Positions 29,903-40,006 of a DNA stretch of 64,000 nucleotides are shown here, piece by piece. The notes beneath the pieces are model-generated. The model was not told the DNA's origin. It ran no database searches and saw nothing but the letters and a program-made list of their open reading frames with translations. The first letter of the stretch is position 1, and the number at the start of each line of letters is the position of its first letter. Location: the sequence record PQ464590.1; one strand, 5' to 3'. Both the position numbers and the translations under genes were made by a program.

Positions 29903-30517
29903 TTAGGCTTCGGCTGTCAACTCTTTTTTGAGTTTTTTCATGTACCTGTTATACAGACCTACATGGTGGTGCATACTGGTTTCAAGGAACTCTTGAATGG
30001 ACAGTTTTTTACCCTTCTTCTTCTCCAGATTACGTTCACGTTGGCGTTGTGCATTCTCTTCATCGTGCTTCTCTACATCATCCCAGTACTGTTCAGTACT
30101 TGTATCTTTGTACAGGTCAAGGAAGTCTTGCAGATTTTCATACTTAGCACCACGTTTGATGTTACAGCGTTCACACATGGTGTTGTAGTTTTCAGTACAA
30201 TCCGGCCCACCTTTGGATTTAAGAATAGCGTGGTCCACGGTAAACATAACCTCACGGCCTTTGTGGGTGTACCCGTACACGTTCAAATGCTCACTACCAT
30301 ATACTGGGTGTGCACAAGCTTTCATACGCTCTAAACGTATCTCAGTGGCTTCTAGACCACAGTTAATGCACGTACATGAGCGTTGGAATGTCTTCACCTT
30401 CTCGAAGTCATAATGGAAGTGAACTCCTTGAATTTCCATAAAGTTCTTATCATCAGTGATGAGTTCCAGTGAACTCAAAGGGAGAACGCGTTTTACTGTG
30501 TACTTTCCACGAGCCAT
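29903..30517 (-). CDS. HNH endonuclease-family protein
   Basis: CINC...FTVDHAILKSKGG....N...MCERCN..RG. Confidence 0.85.
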   Translation of the reverse strand: MARGKYTVKRVLPLSSLELITDDKNFMEIQGVHFHYDFEKVKTFQRSCTCINCGLEATEIRLERMKACAHPVYGSEHLNVYGYTHKGREVMFTVDHAILKSKGGPDCTENYNTMCERCNIKRGAKYENLQDFLDLYKDTSTEQYWDDVEKHDEENAQRQRERNLEKKKGKKLSIQEFLETSMHHHVGLYNRYMKKLKKELTAEA

Positions 30518-30522
30518 AATAA

Positions 30523-30843
30523 TTACCTTTTCTTCAGAATTACGGTACGGTCCTTTTGTAGATCCAAAAGGAGTTTAACTAATGCATCATGGCGTTGTGC
30601 ACATACATCATATACAGTTTGCCATTTAGTCATTGTGTGTAGTGCTTCTTCGCCATTGTATACTTTCTTACCATCCTTGTCAATAACATATTTTTCAGGG
30701 ATTGGTGTATCAGCAGTACAACGTTCCAACAGGATAGAATCGGATTCAATCACTGGTGGATCGTTAACTACAACAGCCTTTTCTGCACAGCCCGTTAAGA
30801 ATACCACAGTACTGAACATTATTGCAAGGAATATTTTTTTCAT
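30523..30843 (-). CDS. Outer-membrane spanin (Rz1-like lipoprotein)
   Basis: Lipobox LTGC, P-rich linker, LLERC...P and W...YDVCA.RH. Confidence 0.75.
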   Translation of the reverse strand: MKKIFLAIMFSTVVFLTGCAEKAVVVNDPPVIESDSILLERCTADTPIPEKYVIDKDGKKVYNGEEALHTMTKWQTVYDVCAQRHDALVKLLLDLQKDRTVILKKR

Positions 30844-31199
30844 TTCATACCCCTTGCAAGTCTTGAGTTCTCACGCATGATTTTAAGTGCGTCAACACCT
30901 TTTTCTTCCATACAGTACTGATAGTATATCTCTTTCTCTTTTTCAACAATAAATGGTATCTTTTCTTTGATAACCTTAAACTGTTGACCTTCTAAGTACT
31001 CTTTTGTTTCTTTGTAGTTTTGGATGTTTTGATCCTTTATATCTTTCATTGCTGTGCGTACTTCTTGCTGTACAGTTTTAGCAATGTTTTGGTCATAACC
31101 ATCTTTGAGTGTTTTTAACCACCAACCAGACGAGAATGCCCCACCGACTAGAAAGACTACTAACAGTACTTTCCAGTATTTTTCTAGTAATACAAGCAT
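30840..31199 (-). CDS. Inner-membrane spanin (Rz-like)
   Basis: Single N-terminal TM, helical periplasmic domain with a Cys, ATGA overlap with the o-spanin. Confidence 0.7.
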   Translation of the reverse strand: MLVLLEKYWKVLLVVFLVGGAFSSGWWLKTLKDGYDQNIAKTVQQEVRTAMKDIKDQNIQNYKETKEYLEGQQFKVIKEKIPFIVEKEKEIYYQYCMEEKGVDALKIMRENSRLARGMK

Positions 31200-31227
31200 A
31201 TTACCCTCCATAGCATTAATCTAATAT

Positions 31228-31233
31228 TATTTA
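31228..31233 (-). promoter_or_regulatory. Putative late promoter (TAAATA) for the spanins
   Basis: CTAAATA upstream of the i-spanin. Confidence 0.5.
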
Positions 31234-31242
31234 GGAGGAATT

Positions 31243-31267
31243 AAAAAACCCAGCATTAAGCTGGGTT
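31243..31267 (-). terminator. Intrinsic terminator
   Basis: AACCCAGC/GCTGGGTT hairpin plus U-run. Confidence 0.75.
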
Positions 31268-31870
31268 GTCTTTGCGGATATTCTCAATGTGCTTAGCAAT
31301 CGCATCGAAGAGGTTATAGCGTTGGATACTGTTGATACCTACGCACGCACCTGTGATATCTTCGAGGATAGATTCCAGTACTTCAGAATCTACTTCATGA
31401 ACAAGTTTATCTTGTGTCTTCGTCACATCTGGACGAATACCTAATAGTTCATTTAGTGTGCAATCTTGATTGAATGTTGCGGTCTGATAACCGTGGTGTT
31501 CATACTTGATAATATCAAATATTTGCGAACCAACCATATCAGAAAGAGTACTGAAGAAGTTTTCAATCATGTCTTCGTTGGCGTTTAGAGTACGCAGAAC
31601 ATGAGCAACACATTCAGTACCGTCGAGGTTTTCAATGTAATGCATTTCTTCGAAAATTGGATAGCATGTTTCTACCAGTGCAATGCGAAGTTCTTCCAAC
31701 AGTTTATCGTTCTCGGACATATTAGCATACTTATCCTGCATCTCATCGAGGATAATACGCATTTCTTGGAATGCGAGATTGCTGTACTCACCATTCAAAA
31801 TCTGGATTTGCATTTCACGAATTAGATTATCCATTTCGACCGAACCGTGTTCTGTTTCTTTGAAGAGCAT
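31256..31870 (-). CDS. Hypothetical acidic protein
   Basis: 204-aa ORF. Confidence 0.7.
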   Translation of the reverse strand: MLFKETEHGSVEMDNLIREMQIQILNGEYSNLAFQEMRIILDEMQDKYANMSENDKLLEELRIALVETCYPIFEEMHYIENLDGTECVAHVLRTLNANEDMIENFFSTLSDMVGSQIFDIIKYEHHGYQTATFNQDCTLNELLGIRPDVTKTQDKLVHEVDSEVLESILEDITGACVGINSIQRYNLFDAIAKHIENIRKDNPA

Positions 31871-32446
31871 TTATTTCCCCTTATTATGTGCGATACGTTC
31901 TTTGAATCCTGATGTTACACGTATCAGAACACGTTGACAAGTCCGATCTAAGATTGGACAGCTATGAAGTACTTTGGAGGTGAATTTATGCACGCTTTCA
32001 GTGGGTGCAACAGCTTCAATAAGAACTTCATTATCAAGAACATTTTGTACTGAAGTATAATCCTTCGTATTGATTGGATTCATTACGAATGATGTACCAA
32101 TTACAGTACTGTAAATTAGATGTGTCTCTGGTTCAAAAGTATCATGAATGTCATTGGTGCAATCCAAGTGGTATCCATAAATTCCAGAACCTGTATCACC
32201 TTCTTTTAGTGAACGAACCTTGTAATCTATGACAATACTACGGTCATCATAGTCACGCATCTTTTCCATCATCATTTCAATCAAAGGCTGTAAAGAAGGA
32301 TCAGCTTTCTTTAGAACCTTTGTGGGATTTTCATATTTTAGTACTAAATCGGGGATAATAATGCTTGGAGCATCAAAATGAAACAGGTTCATCTCAATGC
32401 TCCCGACCGGATTTAGACTGTTAGTAACCGCAGTCGTAGTCGCCAT
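31871..32446 (-). CDS. 2-oxoglutarate/Fe(II) dioxygenase-fold protein
   Basis: HxD (YHLD), distal His (LHSCP) and R.LIRV; true start may be MNLFHF. Confidence 0.6.
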   Translation of the reverse strand: MATTTAVTNSLNPVGSIEMNLFHFDAPSIIIPDLVLKYENPTKVLKKADPSLQPLIEMMMEKMRDYDDRSIVIDYKVRSLKEGDTGSGIYGYHLDCTNDIHDTFEPETHLIYSTVIGTSFVMNPINTKDYTSVQNVLDNEVLIEAVAPTESVHKFTSKVLHSCPILDRTCQRVLIRVTSGFKERIAHNKGK

Positions 32447-32930
32447 TTGTAATTTTTACTTCTCCGTCTTCGAGGAATTCAATCTCTAGTTTCCAGTTCG
32501 TACCAAGTACTTCTTCCAGGATGTAAGAATATTTCTTACTGAACGCATCTTCTAAATTGCGAGCCTGTTCACGAGTTAGACCAGCATTGATATCAAGAAT
32601 ACGACTAGGTGGATTGTCATAATCTAGATCATAGTCAAAACGCTCATGATACTCAATTACGTTAGTGTACTTGTGATCTGCACGGTCATTTTCAATGAAT
32701 ACAACTGTACGGTGAACACATTCTTCTCCGTCATTGAATTCGGGTGTGAATCCTAGTACAAAGATGTGAGATAGACCTTCAGTACCTTCCTTCTGTAGTT
32801 CTTTCATCAGAAGTGGGAGTGCCTTTCTAGCACACTCCGCTTTAGCCGTTTGAATCTTATCTTCACGAGCACTAATGAGAAGTTCAATCTTGGTTAGATT
32901 TGAATACGAAGTTTTAGTACCCACAGTCAT
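32421..32930 (-). CDS. YDCGY-family paralogue 3
   Basis: GFTPEFNDGEECVH...GTNW...YDCGY-stop. Confidence 0.8.
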   Translation of the reverse strand: MTVGTKTSYSNLTKIELLISAREDKIQTAKAECARKALPLLMKELQKEGTEGLSHIFVLGFTPEFNDGEECVHRTVVFIENDRADHKYTNVIEYHERFDYDLDYDNPPSRILDINAGLTREQARNLEDAFSKKYSYILEEVLGTNWKLEIEFLEDGEVKITNGDYDCGY

Positions 32931-33306
32931 AATCCTCCTGAATCACTACAATTTCACCATTTTCACGGTACGCAACAACTTTGTAGTCAGTACCGTAAAC
33001 GCGTTCGATTAGTTCTTCGTCCACCAGCATATAGACTTCATTTTCGGTGTCTTCATCCATTTCGTTCTCTGGTAGTTCACCACTGTCATCGATGAAATCA
33101 TAGTAAGAAAAATCCACATCAGAACTATGTTCACATGCTTCACCGTCATTCCATACTGGAGTACTACCTAGTACTGCGACACCATTGAAAGTAGGGAATG
33201 CATCAAAGATGCTTTCGAACATTTCTTGGATCATCTCTTCACCATGTGCAGAGACTAGTGCGTTCGCAGCTTGTGCGTGCTCTTTGAATTTGCTGTAGTT
33301 TGTCAT
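32914..33306 (-). CDS. YDCGY-family paralogue 2
   Basis: GSTPVWNDGEACEH...GTDY...YDCGY-stop. Confidence 0.8.
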   Translation of the reverse strand: MTNYSKFKEHAQAANALVSAHGEEMIQEMFESIFDAFPTFNGVAVLGSTPVWNDGEACEHSSDVDFSYYDFIDDSGELPENEMDEDTENEVYMLVDEELIERVYGTDYKVVAYRENGEIVVIQEDYDCGY

Positions 33307-33307
33307 A

Positions 33308-33814
33308 TTAGTACCCACAGTCGTAGTATTCGTTGGTCACAGTTTTGATAGAACCATCTGCCATACGTACTGCAAGAATCTGCCAATCAGTACCCATTAC
33401 TTCATATAGAAGGTTTTCAATACCTTCTAGATGTGAGTCAACTTCACGATACACATCGTACTCGAAGTCACCGAGATCTAGACCATCTAGTGCATCTTCT
33501 ACATCTAGACCTTTTTCTTCTAGCTCTAGATCCATTGCTTCTTCACTTTCGAAACCGAGTAGTAGAGCAGTCATTTCTTCAGAATCACGAACATGGTCTT
33601 TTAGTTCATCTGATTCAATGATTGAGTACTGGGTGTGAGTACATGGATCACCATCGTTGAATCCAGGAGTATAGCCATTGATTAGAATAGCTTTGATGCC
33701 TGGATTCACAGAGAATGCACCAGCTAGTGCATCAGCAAAGATTTCATCTTTGTGTGCAGCAACGAAAGCGGAAACCGCTTTTTGTAGTTTTTTGTATTCT
33801 TGTAGTTTAGACAT
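33308..33814 (-). CDS. YDCGY-family paralogue 1
   Basis: GYTPGFNDGDPCTH...GTDW...YDCGY-stop; RBS AAGGA. Confidence 0.8.
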   Translation of the reverse strand: MSKLQEYKKLQKAVSAFVAAHKDEIFADALAGAFSVNPGIKAILINGYTPGFNDGDPCTHTQYSIIESDELKDHVRDSEEMTALLLGFESEEAMDLELEEKGLDVEDALDGLDLGDFEYDVYREVDSHLEGIENLLYEVMGTDWQILAVRMADGSIKTVTNEYYDCGY

Positions 33815-33815
33815 A

Positions 33816-35063
33816 TTATTTTCCTTTTCCGTACCATTGCATTTCGCGTAGTTCAATTAGAACCTTAGCGGCTAGTTTAGGGTTCGCCTTATTAGGCAGT
33901 ACTGAATTCTTCAAATGCACATCTCGTAATTCAGCAGATTTGTGATTGAAGTAATTCATTAGTTCTTCATATGACCAAGAACCGTTTCGAATAGCTAGTA
34001 GCTCATCCGCATCTGGTCGTTTCACATGAACTTCACCAGTGAGTAGTGCTTCTTCAGCAGTTCTCAACAAGCGTACTACGTGCATCGCATGTTTAGTATC
34101 GTATCCGTACTGCGATTCCAGTACTTTACGAGCATCATTGCGATTCTCTTTCCATTTGTGATAACTCTTCCGGTTATCAGAATTCTCGTCGTACTCTTTC
34201 TTGTTGAATTTCACAATCAAAATAGGAGCACGCTTGATTTCTTCAACTGAACGATTATCAGTGTCAATTTTGTGGATACTACCATCGTTGTTGATAGTTT
34301 GTGAATCCGGTGCAGGAACAACACCAAAGATGTTCTCACCGTACGGGATTAGCTCATAATCATGCTTGAAGTTCAGGATGTTGAAATCTCGATCCAGAAG
34401 CTTTTCGGGTAAGTAGTTATGAACGAGTTTTACGAAGTGATATTGCTTCAGTGGCTTAGCAGAAACTAATTGCAGTGAAGTATCACGCATGAATTTCTCA
34501 AAGTCAATATGCATTTTCACAAAAATATTTTTACCACGAGTCGTATTGATACGCTGAACTAGGTAATCGGGGAACGTTTCTTCCATCCAATTGATCGTGT
34601 TCTGATACGGATATTCATCGAAGATTTCATTCAATCGACGTTCCGCAATACGCTCTTTGTCCATCCAACCATGATGGTTCTGCATACGATGTGCCTGGTT
34701 ATAAGCATAACCACTGTACGTGTACGCAATCTTATTACTAAGTAGCTGCTGATTGTACGAACGAAGATAATCGTACATTTCTGAACGTTCTACAATTTCA
34801 GAATCATCAACCCATAGTGTTTCTAGGATGTTCGGGTTCCCATCTAGATACAATTTCATGAACTTACTTAGCTCATAGAACTTAGTATCTTCTTCCTTTG
34901 CATCAGATGCTTCGCCAACATTGAACCACGGAGTAAGAACGAATTCTTTATCCGCTACAAAAATACCTCGATAATCTACATCAGAGGTTGGAGTACTGGT
35001 CCCATAAGCATGGGAGCCAGCCAAGTGCTTTACAATAGTCTGCTCTAAAAAATTATGATTCAT
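33816..35063 (-). CDS. Pol-beta superfamily nucleotidyltransferase (RlaP/Nuc-transf-like) with central insertion
   Basis: AGSHAYGTSTPTSDVDYRGIF, GNPNILETL, GYDTKHAMHVVRLL and L.IRNG.W.YEE. Confidence 0.85.
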   Translation of the reverse strand: MNHNFLEQTIVKHLAGSHAYGTSTPTSDVDYRGIFVADKEFVLTPWFNVGEASDAKEEDTKFYELSKFMKLYLDGNPNILETLWVDDSEIVERSEMYDYLRSYNQQLLSNKIAYTYSGYAYNQAHRMQNHHGWMDKERIAERRLNEIFDEYPYQNTINWMEETFPDYLVQRINTTRGKNIFVKMHIDFEKFMRDTSLQLVSAKPLKQYHFVKLVHNYLPEKLLDRDFNILNFKHDYELIPYGENIFGVVPAPDSQTINNDGSIHKIDTDNRSVEEIKRAPILIVKFNKKEYDENSDNRKSYHKWKENRNDARKVLESQYGYDTKHAMHVVRLLRTAEEALLTGEVHVKRPDADELLAIRNGSWSYEELMNYFNHKSAELRDVHLKNSVLPNKANPKLAAKVLIELREMQWYGKGK

Positions 35064-35514
35064 AGTACTCCCACATTAGATCCGAAAATACTTCTAACCA
35101 TACACGTTTGATATGTTCAGTAAGTACTTCATCCCCGTTATTTTTGGATTCTAGTTTTAGATGTGTGTGCGTTCCTTCATGATCCATATGAATAAGTTTC
35201 ACTAATGTAAGTTGAGTTTGTGCCAGATAACCTAAACCGTAAAGACCTGCCATACGACTAGAAATTTCATCGAACACATTTTCCAGAAACTCATCACCAT
35301 CATCAACAGTACAGAAGATGATATAGAATGAGTTCTCACCAGCATCACTGGAATGACCTTCACATGACCATCGTGGAACAACATTCTCCAGACACGGAGA
35401 AGTCTTGAAGAAATCAAGAACATCTTTCATTTTGTCATCAACAGTTGTTGTATTCAGTGCAATAAATTGACTTTTTACGTCATCAAATAATTCACGAGTA
35501 ACTTGAACTTTCAT
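35053..35514 (-). CDS. Hypothetical protein with SCEGH motif
   Basis: 153-aa ORF. Confidence 0.65.
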   Translation of the reverse strand: MKVQVTRELFDDVKSQFIALNTTTVDDKMKDVLDFFKTSPCLENVVPRWSCEGHSSDAGENSFYIIFCTVDDGDEFLENVFDEISSRMAGLYGLGYLAQTQLTLVKLIHMDHEGTHTHLKLESKNNGDEVLTEHIKRVWLEVFSDLMWEYYES

Positions 35515-35515
35515 T

Positions 35516-35911
35516 TTAGTTCCTTAGATATACAGTTAGATGGCATAAGAAGCCATTGTAGTACTTCATGAAGTCTTCATAAAGTGTACGGTAATCTTCA
35601 TAACACATCACTAAATCAGTGACTGTATCAGCTTGAAAGAACGCTTCTTCAGTACTGAGATTCAGTACTTCAGCATTCATTCCATTTTCTAAAATCTTAG
35701 TAAATTCAATACCACGTGTAGAGATCTCTATTAGGAAGAAATCGCCGGAAGTATCTTTGGGACCAACAATGTTAATCCCAGAACCCATTTCGAATGAGTA
35801 CTCAAATTCAACAATATCGTTATCATCGAGTCCGTAAAAGAATCCTTCGGAGTTCACTCGCTTACGGTTATTCATATCTTTTATGAGGTCATAAATGTCA
35901 GTTGGTGTCAT
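35516..35911 (-). CDS. EEEFFQ-motif paralogue
   Basis: LSTEEAFFQADT. Confidence 0.7.
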   Translation of the reverse strand: MTPTDIYDLIKDMNNRKRVNSEGFFYGLDDNDIVEFEYSFEMGSGINIVGPKDTSGDFFLIEISTRGIEFTKILENGMNAEVLNLSTEEAFFQADTVTDLVMCYEDYRTLYEDFMKYYNGFLCHLTVYLRN

Positions 35912-36215
35912 TTTCCATCATTTCCACGATAGCGTTGAAGACCTCAATGATAACATCACCATGACATACCAATGGAGCACATGAACAACCGATTGTTTTA
36001 CCGGATAAGTCCAAGAAGTCTTGAACGGTCAGAACCCCAGATTCGAGCTTATCATAAAGACTTTGACGGTACATTTCAACAACTATCTGTCGTGTGTGAC
36101 CTTTTGATAAATCAATGGGAAATTCATTGCCCCATTTCGTCCCACGCCCGATATACACATCGAACGTCGAACATTTGTGTCTATTCACCAGTACTGGTGT
36201 GATGTATTTTACCAC
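35898..36215 (-). CDS. DUF4326-family protein
   Basis: DVYIGRGTKWGNEF and GKTIGCSCAPLVCHGDV. Confidence 0.85.
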   Translation of the reverse strand: MVKYITPVLVNRHKCSTFDVYIGRGTKWGNEFPIDLSKGHTRQIVVEMYRQSLYDKLESGVLTVQDFLDLSGKTIGCSCAPLVCHGDVIIEVFNAIVEMMENDTN

Positions 36216-36601
36216 ATGACATCCATTAGGATACCATCATATCCAGGGAAAATACAAGAACATTCTTGTTCCATAAATTCCTCAAAAGAATCATATGACT
36301 CGTACCCGTGCTTTTCGCAAAAGGTCTTCAGGAAGTACAGTGCCTTTTGGTGAGTATTTTCTGGTTCTCCAGCCCATACAGGAGCTAGATCAGAATCGTC
36401 ACCCTGGAAGAACCGTTCGAATACAAACATAGAATCGTTACGGAAAATATCACAATGGTGATTACAGAACATGTCGTGGATTTCCTTACGGACATCCTCA
36501 CCTCCATGATTCTTCTTGATGTGATTGTACAAATCAATGACATTTACTTGAATGTACTTCTTCTCATTAGGCTTATGGTGATGTGTATAGTAATCGTACA
36601 T
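36209..36601 (-). CDS. Hypothetical protein
   Basis: Start moved to MYDYYT (RBS AAGGA). Confidence 0.65.
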   Translation of the reverse strand: MYDYYTHHHKPNEKKYIQVNVIDLYNHIKKNHGGEDVRKEIHDMFCNHHCDIFRNDSMFVFERFFQGDDSDLAPVWAGEPENTHQKALYFLKTFCEKHGYESYDSFEEFMEQECSCIFPGYDGILMDVMW

Positions 36602-36602
36602 A

Positions 36603-37190
36603 CTAATCCTTATATAAATTAGCGATTTGATCTTGGAATTCGTAAGCTGCCTGGACTTCTGCAATCTTATTACATTCATTGTTCTTATAATCAATAGAAC
36701 AACACATGTAGTAGAATAGCTTGGAAATATGAATATCAGTACTGAACTTTACCGGAGCAACAATTGGCTCACCACTAATGAACTTATCTTTCTCAACTTC
36801 AACATTCACTAAGTTGCATTTGAATGCGATGTTGCGTTCATCATCAATGGCGTACCACGCTTGTAAGCCCGAATCGTTTGGAACGCGAACTTCCCGCCGC
36901 ATAATATTATGCATATCATGATAGTACTCGATGGACGTTTTATAGTCCAACGGTGATGGTCGTGACGAACAAGTTGAACGACTGATCCTGAACTCCCCCT
37001 TCGCGATACGCATGAAGACGTTCCGTTGAATTTCGGTCATAGTACTGACAATGTACTTCGTTAGAATGATTTCCTTTCGTAGAATATCACCCTTAGCGAA
37101 GTCAATAATTTCATGCATCTTTTTTATGGCGAAAGGATTACCGGAGTACAGGATTAATCCTATCATGTTATTGTAACTTTTCTTTTCCAT
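36603..37190 (-). CDS. Hypothetical protein
   Basis: Start MEKKSY with RBS AGGAGG. Confidence 0.7.
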   Translation of the reverse strand: MEKKSYNNMIGLILYSGNPFAIKKMHEIIDFAKGDILRKEIILTKYIVSTMTEIQRNVFMRIAKGEFRISRSTCSSRPSPLDYKTSIEYYHDMHNIMRREVRVPNDSGLQAWYAIDDERNIAFKCNLVNVEVEKDKFISGEPIVAPVKFSTDIHISKLFYYMCCSIDYKNNECNKIAEVQAAYEFQDQIANLYKD

Positions 37191-37217
37191 TTCCCCTCCT
37201 GCTTCGAGATTCCACTG

Positions 37218-37245
37218 ATTATAGCACAAAAAAAGAGACTGTCAA
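37218..37245 (-). promoter_or_regulatory. Sigma70-type promoter
   Basis: TTGACA-16 nt-TATAAT; the -35 box lies inside the upstream terminator hairpin. Confidence 0.7.
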
Positions 37246-37256
37246 GTGACAGTCTC
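37228..37256 (-). terminator. Intrinsic terminator after the tail-fibre genes
   Basis: GAGACTGTCA/TGACAGTCTC hairpin plus U7. Confidence 0.85.
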
Positions 37257-37264
37257 AATTATTT

Positions 37265-39997
37265 TTAATTCCAACGGGTTCCTGAACCAGAAGGAACACC
37301 AGTACTGCACGGTATTGCACTTCCTCGTTTAGTAACACTTGGTCGATAAGTCATGAATCTAGTAACTTTCTCTGTAACGATGCTATCAATAGAGGTAGCC
37401 CCCGTAACTATAGTTCCTACATAGGTGCTCGTTAGTGATTCAGCAATTTGACTTTCTGAGATCACGTACGATGCCTTACCCGTGCTCCTGTTCATCTGAA
37501 CATACAGATAAAACGTACTATTAGCTGGGTTAGCTTTAATTGAGGTTAGATTGTACGACACTGGAGAGAGCTTGTCAAATATTCCACCCAAGAAAACTGG
37601 AATTTCTTGTGTCATATACACGTTAAATCCTCTAGGAACTTCTTGAGACAACACAACAATTCTTTCTAGTACTGAGCCAGTATTCGCAATCAGTCCGTCA
37701 ATTTGTGCTTCAGTTGTTCCATATAACCCAAATACAGATTTGGTTGCAACATCACTCCAAGAATGGTCGTATATTCCGAACCCAACTCCAGGAAGAACAC
37801 CTGGTTCAAAAGCACCTGATTGTACATAAGATTGCGTCATTGACCTAGAACTTACTAGTGAACCACCTTTAATTTTCCCAACTAAACAATGCCATGTTGT
37901 GTTTCCAGGAACAGCAAAACAATGAACTGACGCAACACCAATATAGTTGAAACCAGAAAATTTTGCAATGGTTAAACCATTAAATCTTCGTGACGTTAGT
38001 CCAGAATCCACATCAGTAACGTTATTATAACCTGTAGTATAGGTAGTACTAACAACTGAACCACCAGTAATAGCATTGGAACTTAATGTTAAATCAACTT
38101 CAGCGGTAATGATAAATCCAACATTGGAAGAACTTCTACATTTAACAACTGCAATCGAATGACCAAACGTTGAATCTGGAACATAAAATACAGTAATTAA
38201 ACTTTTAACAAATCCAGAAAGACCAGATGCACTAATTATTGAGTTTTTCAAATTCTGCATTACTGTATCTGACATCGTGTATGTACCATCAAAGTTCCCA
38301 GTACTGGTATTATATTTCCCTAACGACGGTTTTGTGTAACCTTCTATGAATGAAGAGGCGTACGCACTTACATTACCATTAGCTTCAATTAATGAAATCA
38401 TGGCAGTATATTGATCAGTTGTCGAATCAACGCCTATTAGTGATCGAGTTTGTGGCTCGTAACCTGTAAGAGTTCCATGTTGCAATGATTGATACGTATA
38501 TGTTCTAGTACTTCCAAGTGTGGTAGTACTGTATGAATTATATGAACTTGTTATTCCATTGTTTGTTCCTGCACACGCCAGTACTAATTTGTTTTTTGTC
38601 AAGAATCGAATACCTAAAAGGTTCTCACCGATAGCTGAACCAAATACTGGCGAAATGTTTGCTGATTGTCGATTAGCCGTTCTATTGATAAGATTCCATG
38701 AATCATATTTGTTGGTTGGTGTAACTTTAGCTATGGACAAACCATAAGTAGATGATGATGACCATCTTGACTTATTACTAACTACTAGTCCATCAGCAGT
38801 TTGACATAAACTACCAGTATTACCAAGTGACAAACCGTAACCTGTTATATTCACTGTATCAATTAGATATGGGTCCACGCGGTTAAATGTAGTACCTGCG
38901 GCATCAGCAGATATTGTTATTGGATTTCCAACAGTTTGGTCATATGTAATTGTTTTAGTACTGATATTATACACGAAGCTAAAACCACTTCCAAGCATTG
39001 TTGATATAGCAGTGTCAGTAATGGCTCGTGTGCTGAACCAAATAGCAACCCGAACGGTAGTATTGTTGCTATTCGGAACACAAACAATATTATATTTTTC
39101 AAGATGCTGCCATATTTCAACTGAATTAACGTTCGCCCCAGTTACATACAATGCAGGGTCCGAAGCCGAATCACTACTATACATATCCCATATTCTAATA
39201 TTAGCACTATTAGTATATGAGGTATTTCTAACAGTTTTGCCGTTATACCCAGTAATTCTAGTCATGGAATTTATATTACCTGCCCGAATACTTGCAACTG
39301 GAACAGTGTACAGTACTAATGCATATGCATTATTAGTTACTGTAGTATCCTTACCCCAAATATAAACAGTACCGTTAATGACACTTGCATTTATCGGATC
39401 GAAGTTTACAAAAGTACTAGTTGGGAACTGTGAAGATTCATGGGACACTTGGTTAAGAGTTGAGTTTGTCATTGCTAAAACATAAGTATCACCTGACGCA
39501 GCCCCTGACGTTTTGTAAAACAGAATTTGGTACGCATCAGTTGCATAAAAATCACTTATGTACTGACTGGGTGTAAAGAACGCTGGACGATACTCGGTGT
39601 TAGTTGATACCACATCACTTTGACTTAATCCTGTAATTGAACGTATATTACGAACGTACGCATAGTAATATCCATATGTGCTACCATTAGTACCTGAACG
39701 CAAATAAACTACTGTGCCATCGTCTTCAACAACTATTGGCTGCATATAGTGAACGTGTGAATAACTACTAGCACCTGTAAATGAACCACTCACGTTTATT
39801 GGTAAGTAATCTAGTGTACCAACACGGGAAATCGGAAGCATACCCAAAATAGCATCCACTTCGCTTTTTCGGTAGTACGGGTAATCTACATCACCTGTAT
39901 TAGCACCAGGTGCTACCCCATTGAAAGTACGCATCGCGTACTTTCCATTTATTTGAAGATTTCCTTGTACTTCAAGGGAACCAAATATTTTCGACAT
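37265..39997 (-). CDS. Tail fibre / baseplate-associated structural protein (910 aa)
   Basis: S/T/G/N-rich beta protein; N- and C-terminal domains shared with 40589-43291. Confidence 0.7.
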   Translation of the reverse strand: MSKIFGSLEVQGNLQINGKYAMRTFNGVAPGANTGDVDYPYYRKSEVDAILGMLPISRVGTLDYLPINVSGSFTGASSYSHVHYMQPIVVEDDGTVVYLRSGTNGSTYGYYYAYVRNIRSITGLSQSDVVSTNTEYRPAFFTPSQYISDFYATDAYQILFYKTSGAASGDTYVLAMTNSTLNQVSHESSQFPTSTFVNFDPINASVINGTVYIWGKDTTVTNNAYALVLYTVPVASIRAGNINSMTRITGYNGKTVRNTSYTNSANIRIWDMYSSDSASDPALYVTGANVNSVEIWQHLEKYNIVCVPNSNNTTVRVAIWFSTRAITDTAISTMLGSGFSFVYNISTKTITYDQTVGNPITISADAAGTTFNRVDPYLIDTVNITGYGLSLGNTGSLCQTADGLVVSNKSRWSSSSTYGLSIAKVTPTNKYDSWNLINRTANRQSANISPVFGSAIGENLLGIRFLTKNKLVLACAGTNNGITSSYNSYSTTTLGSTRTYTYQSLQHGTLTGYEPQTRSLIGVDSTTDQYTAMISLIEANGNVSAYASSFIEGYTKPSLGKYNTSTGNFDGTYTMSDTVMQNLKNSIISASGLSGFVKSLITVFYVPDSTFGHSIAVVKCRSSSNVGFIITAEVDLTLSSNAITGGSVVSTTYTTGYNNVTDVDSGLTSRRFNGLTIAKFSGFNYIGVASVHCFAVPGNTTWHCLVGKIKGGSLVSSRSMTQSYVQSGAFEPGVLPGVGFGIYDHSWSDVATKSVFGLYGTTEAQIDGLIANTGSVLERIVVLSQEVPRGFNVYMTQEIPVFLGGIFDKLSPVSYNLTSIKANPANSTFYLYVQMNRSTGKASYVISESQIAESLTSTYVGTIVTGATSIDSIVTEKVTRFMTYRPSVTKRGSAIPCSTGVPSGSGTRWN

Positions 39998-40006
39998 ATT
40001 ATTTCC

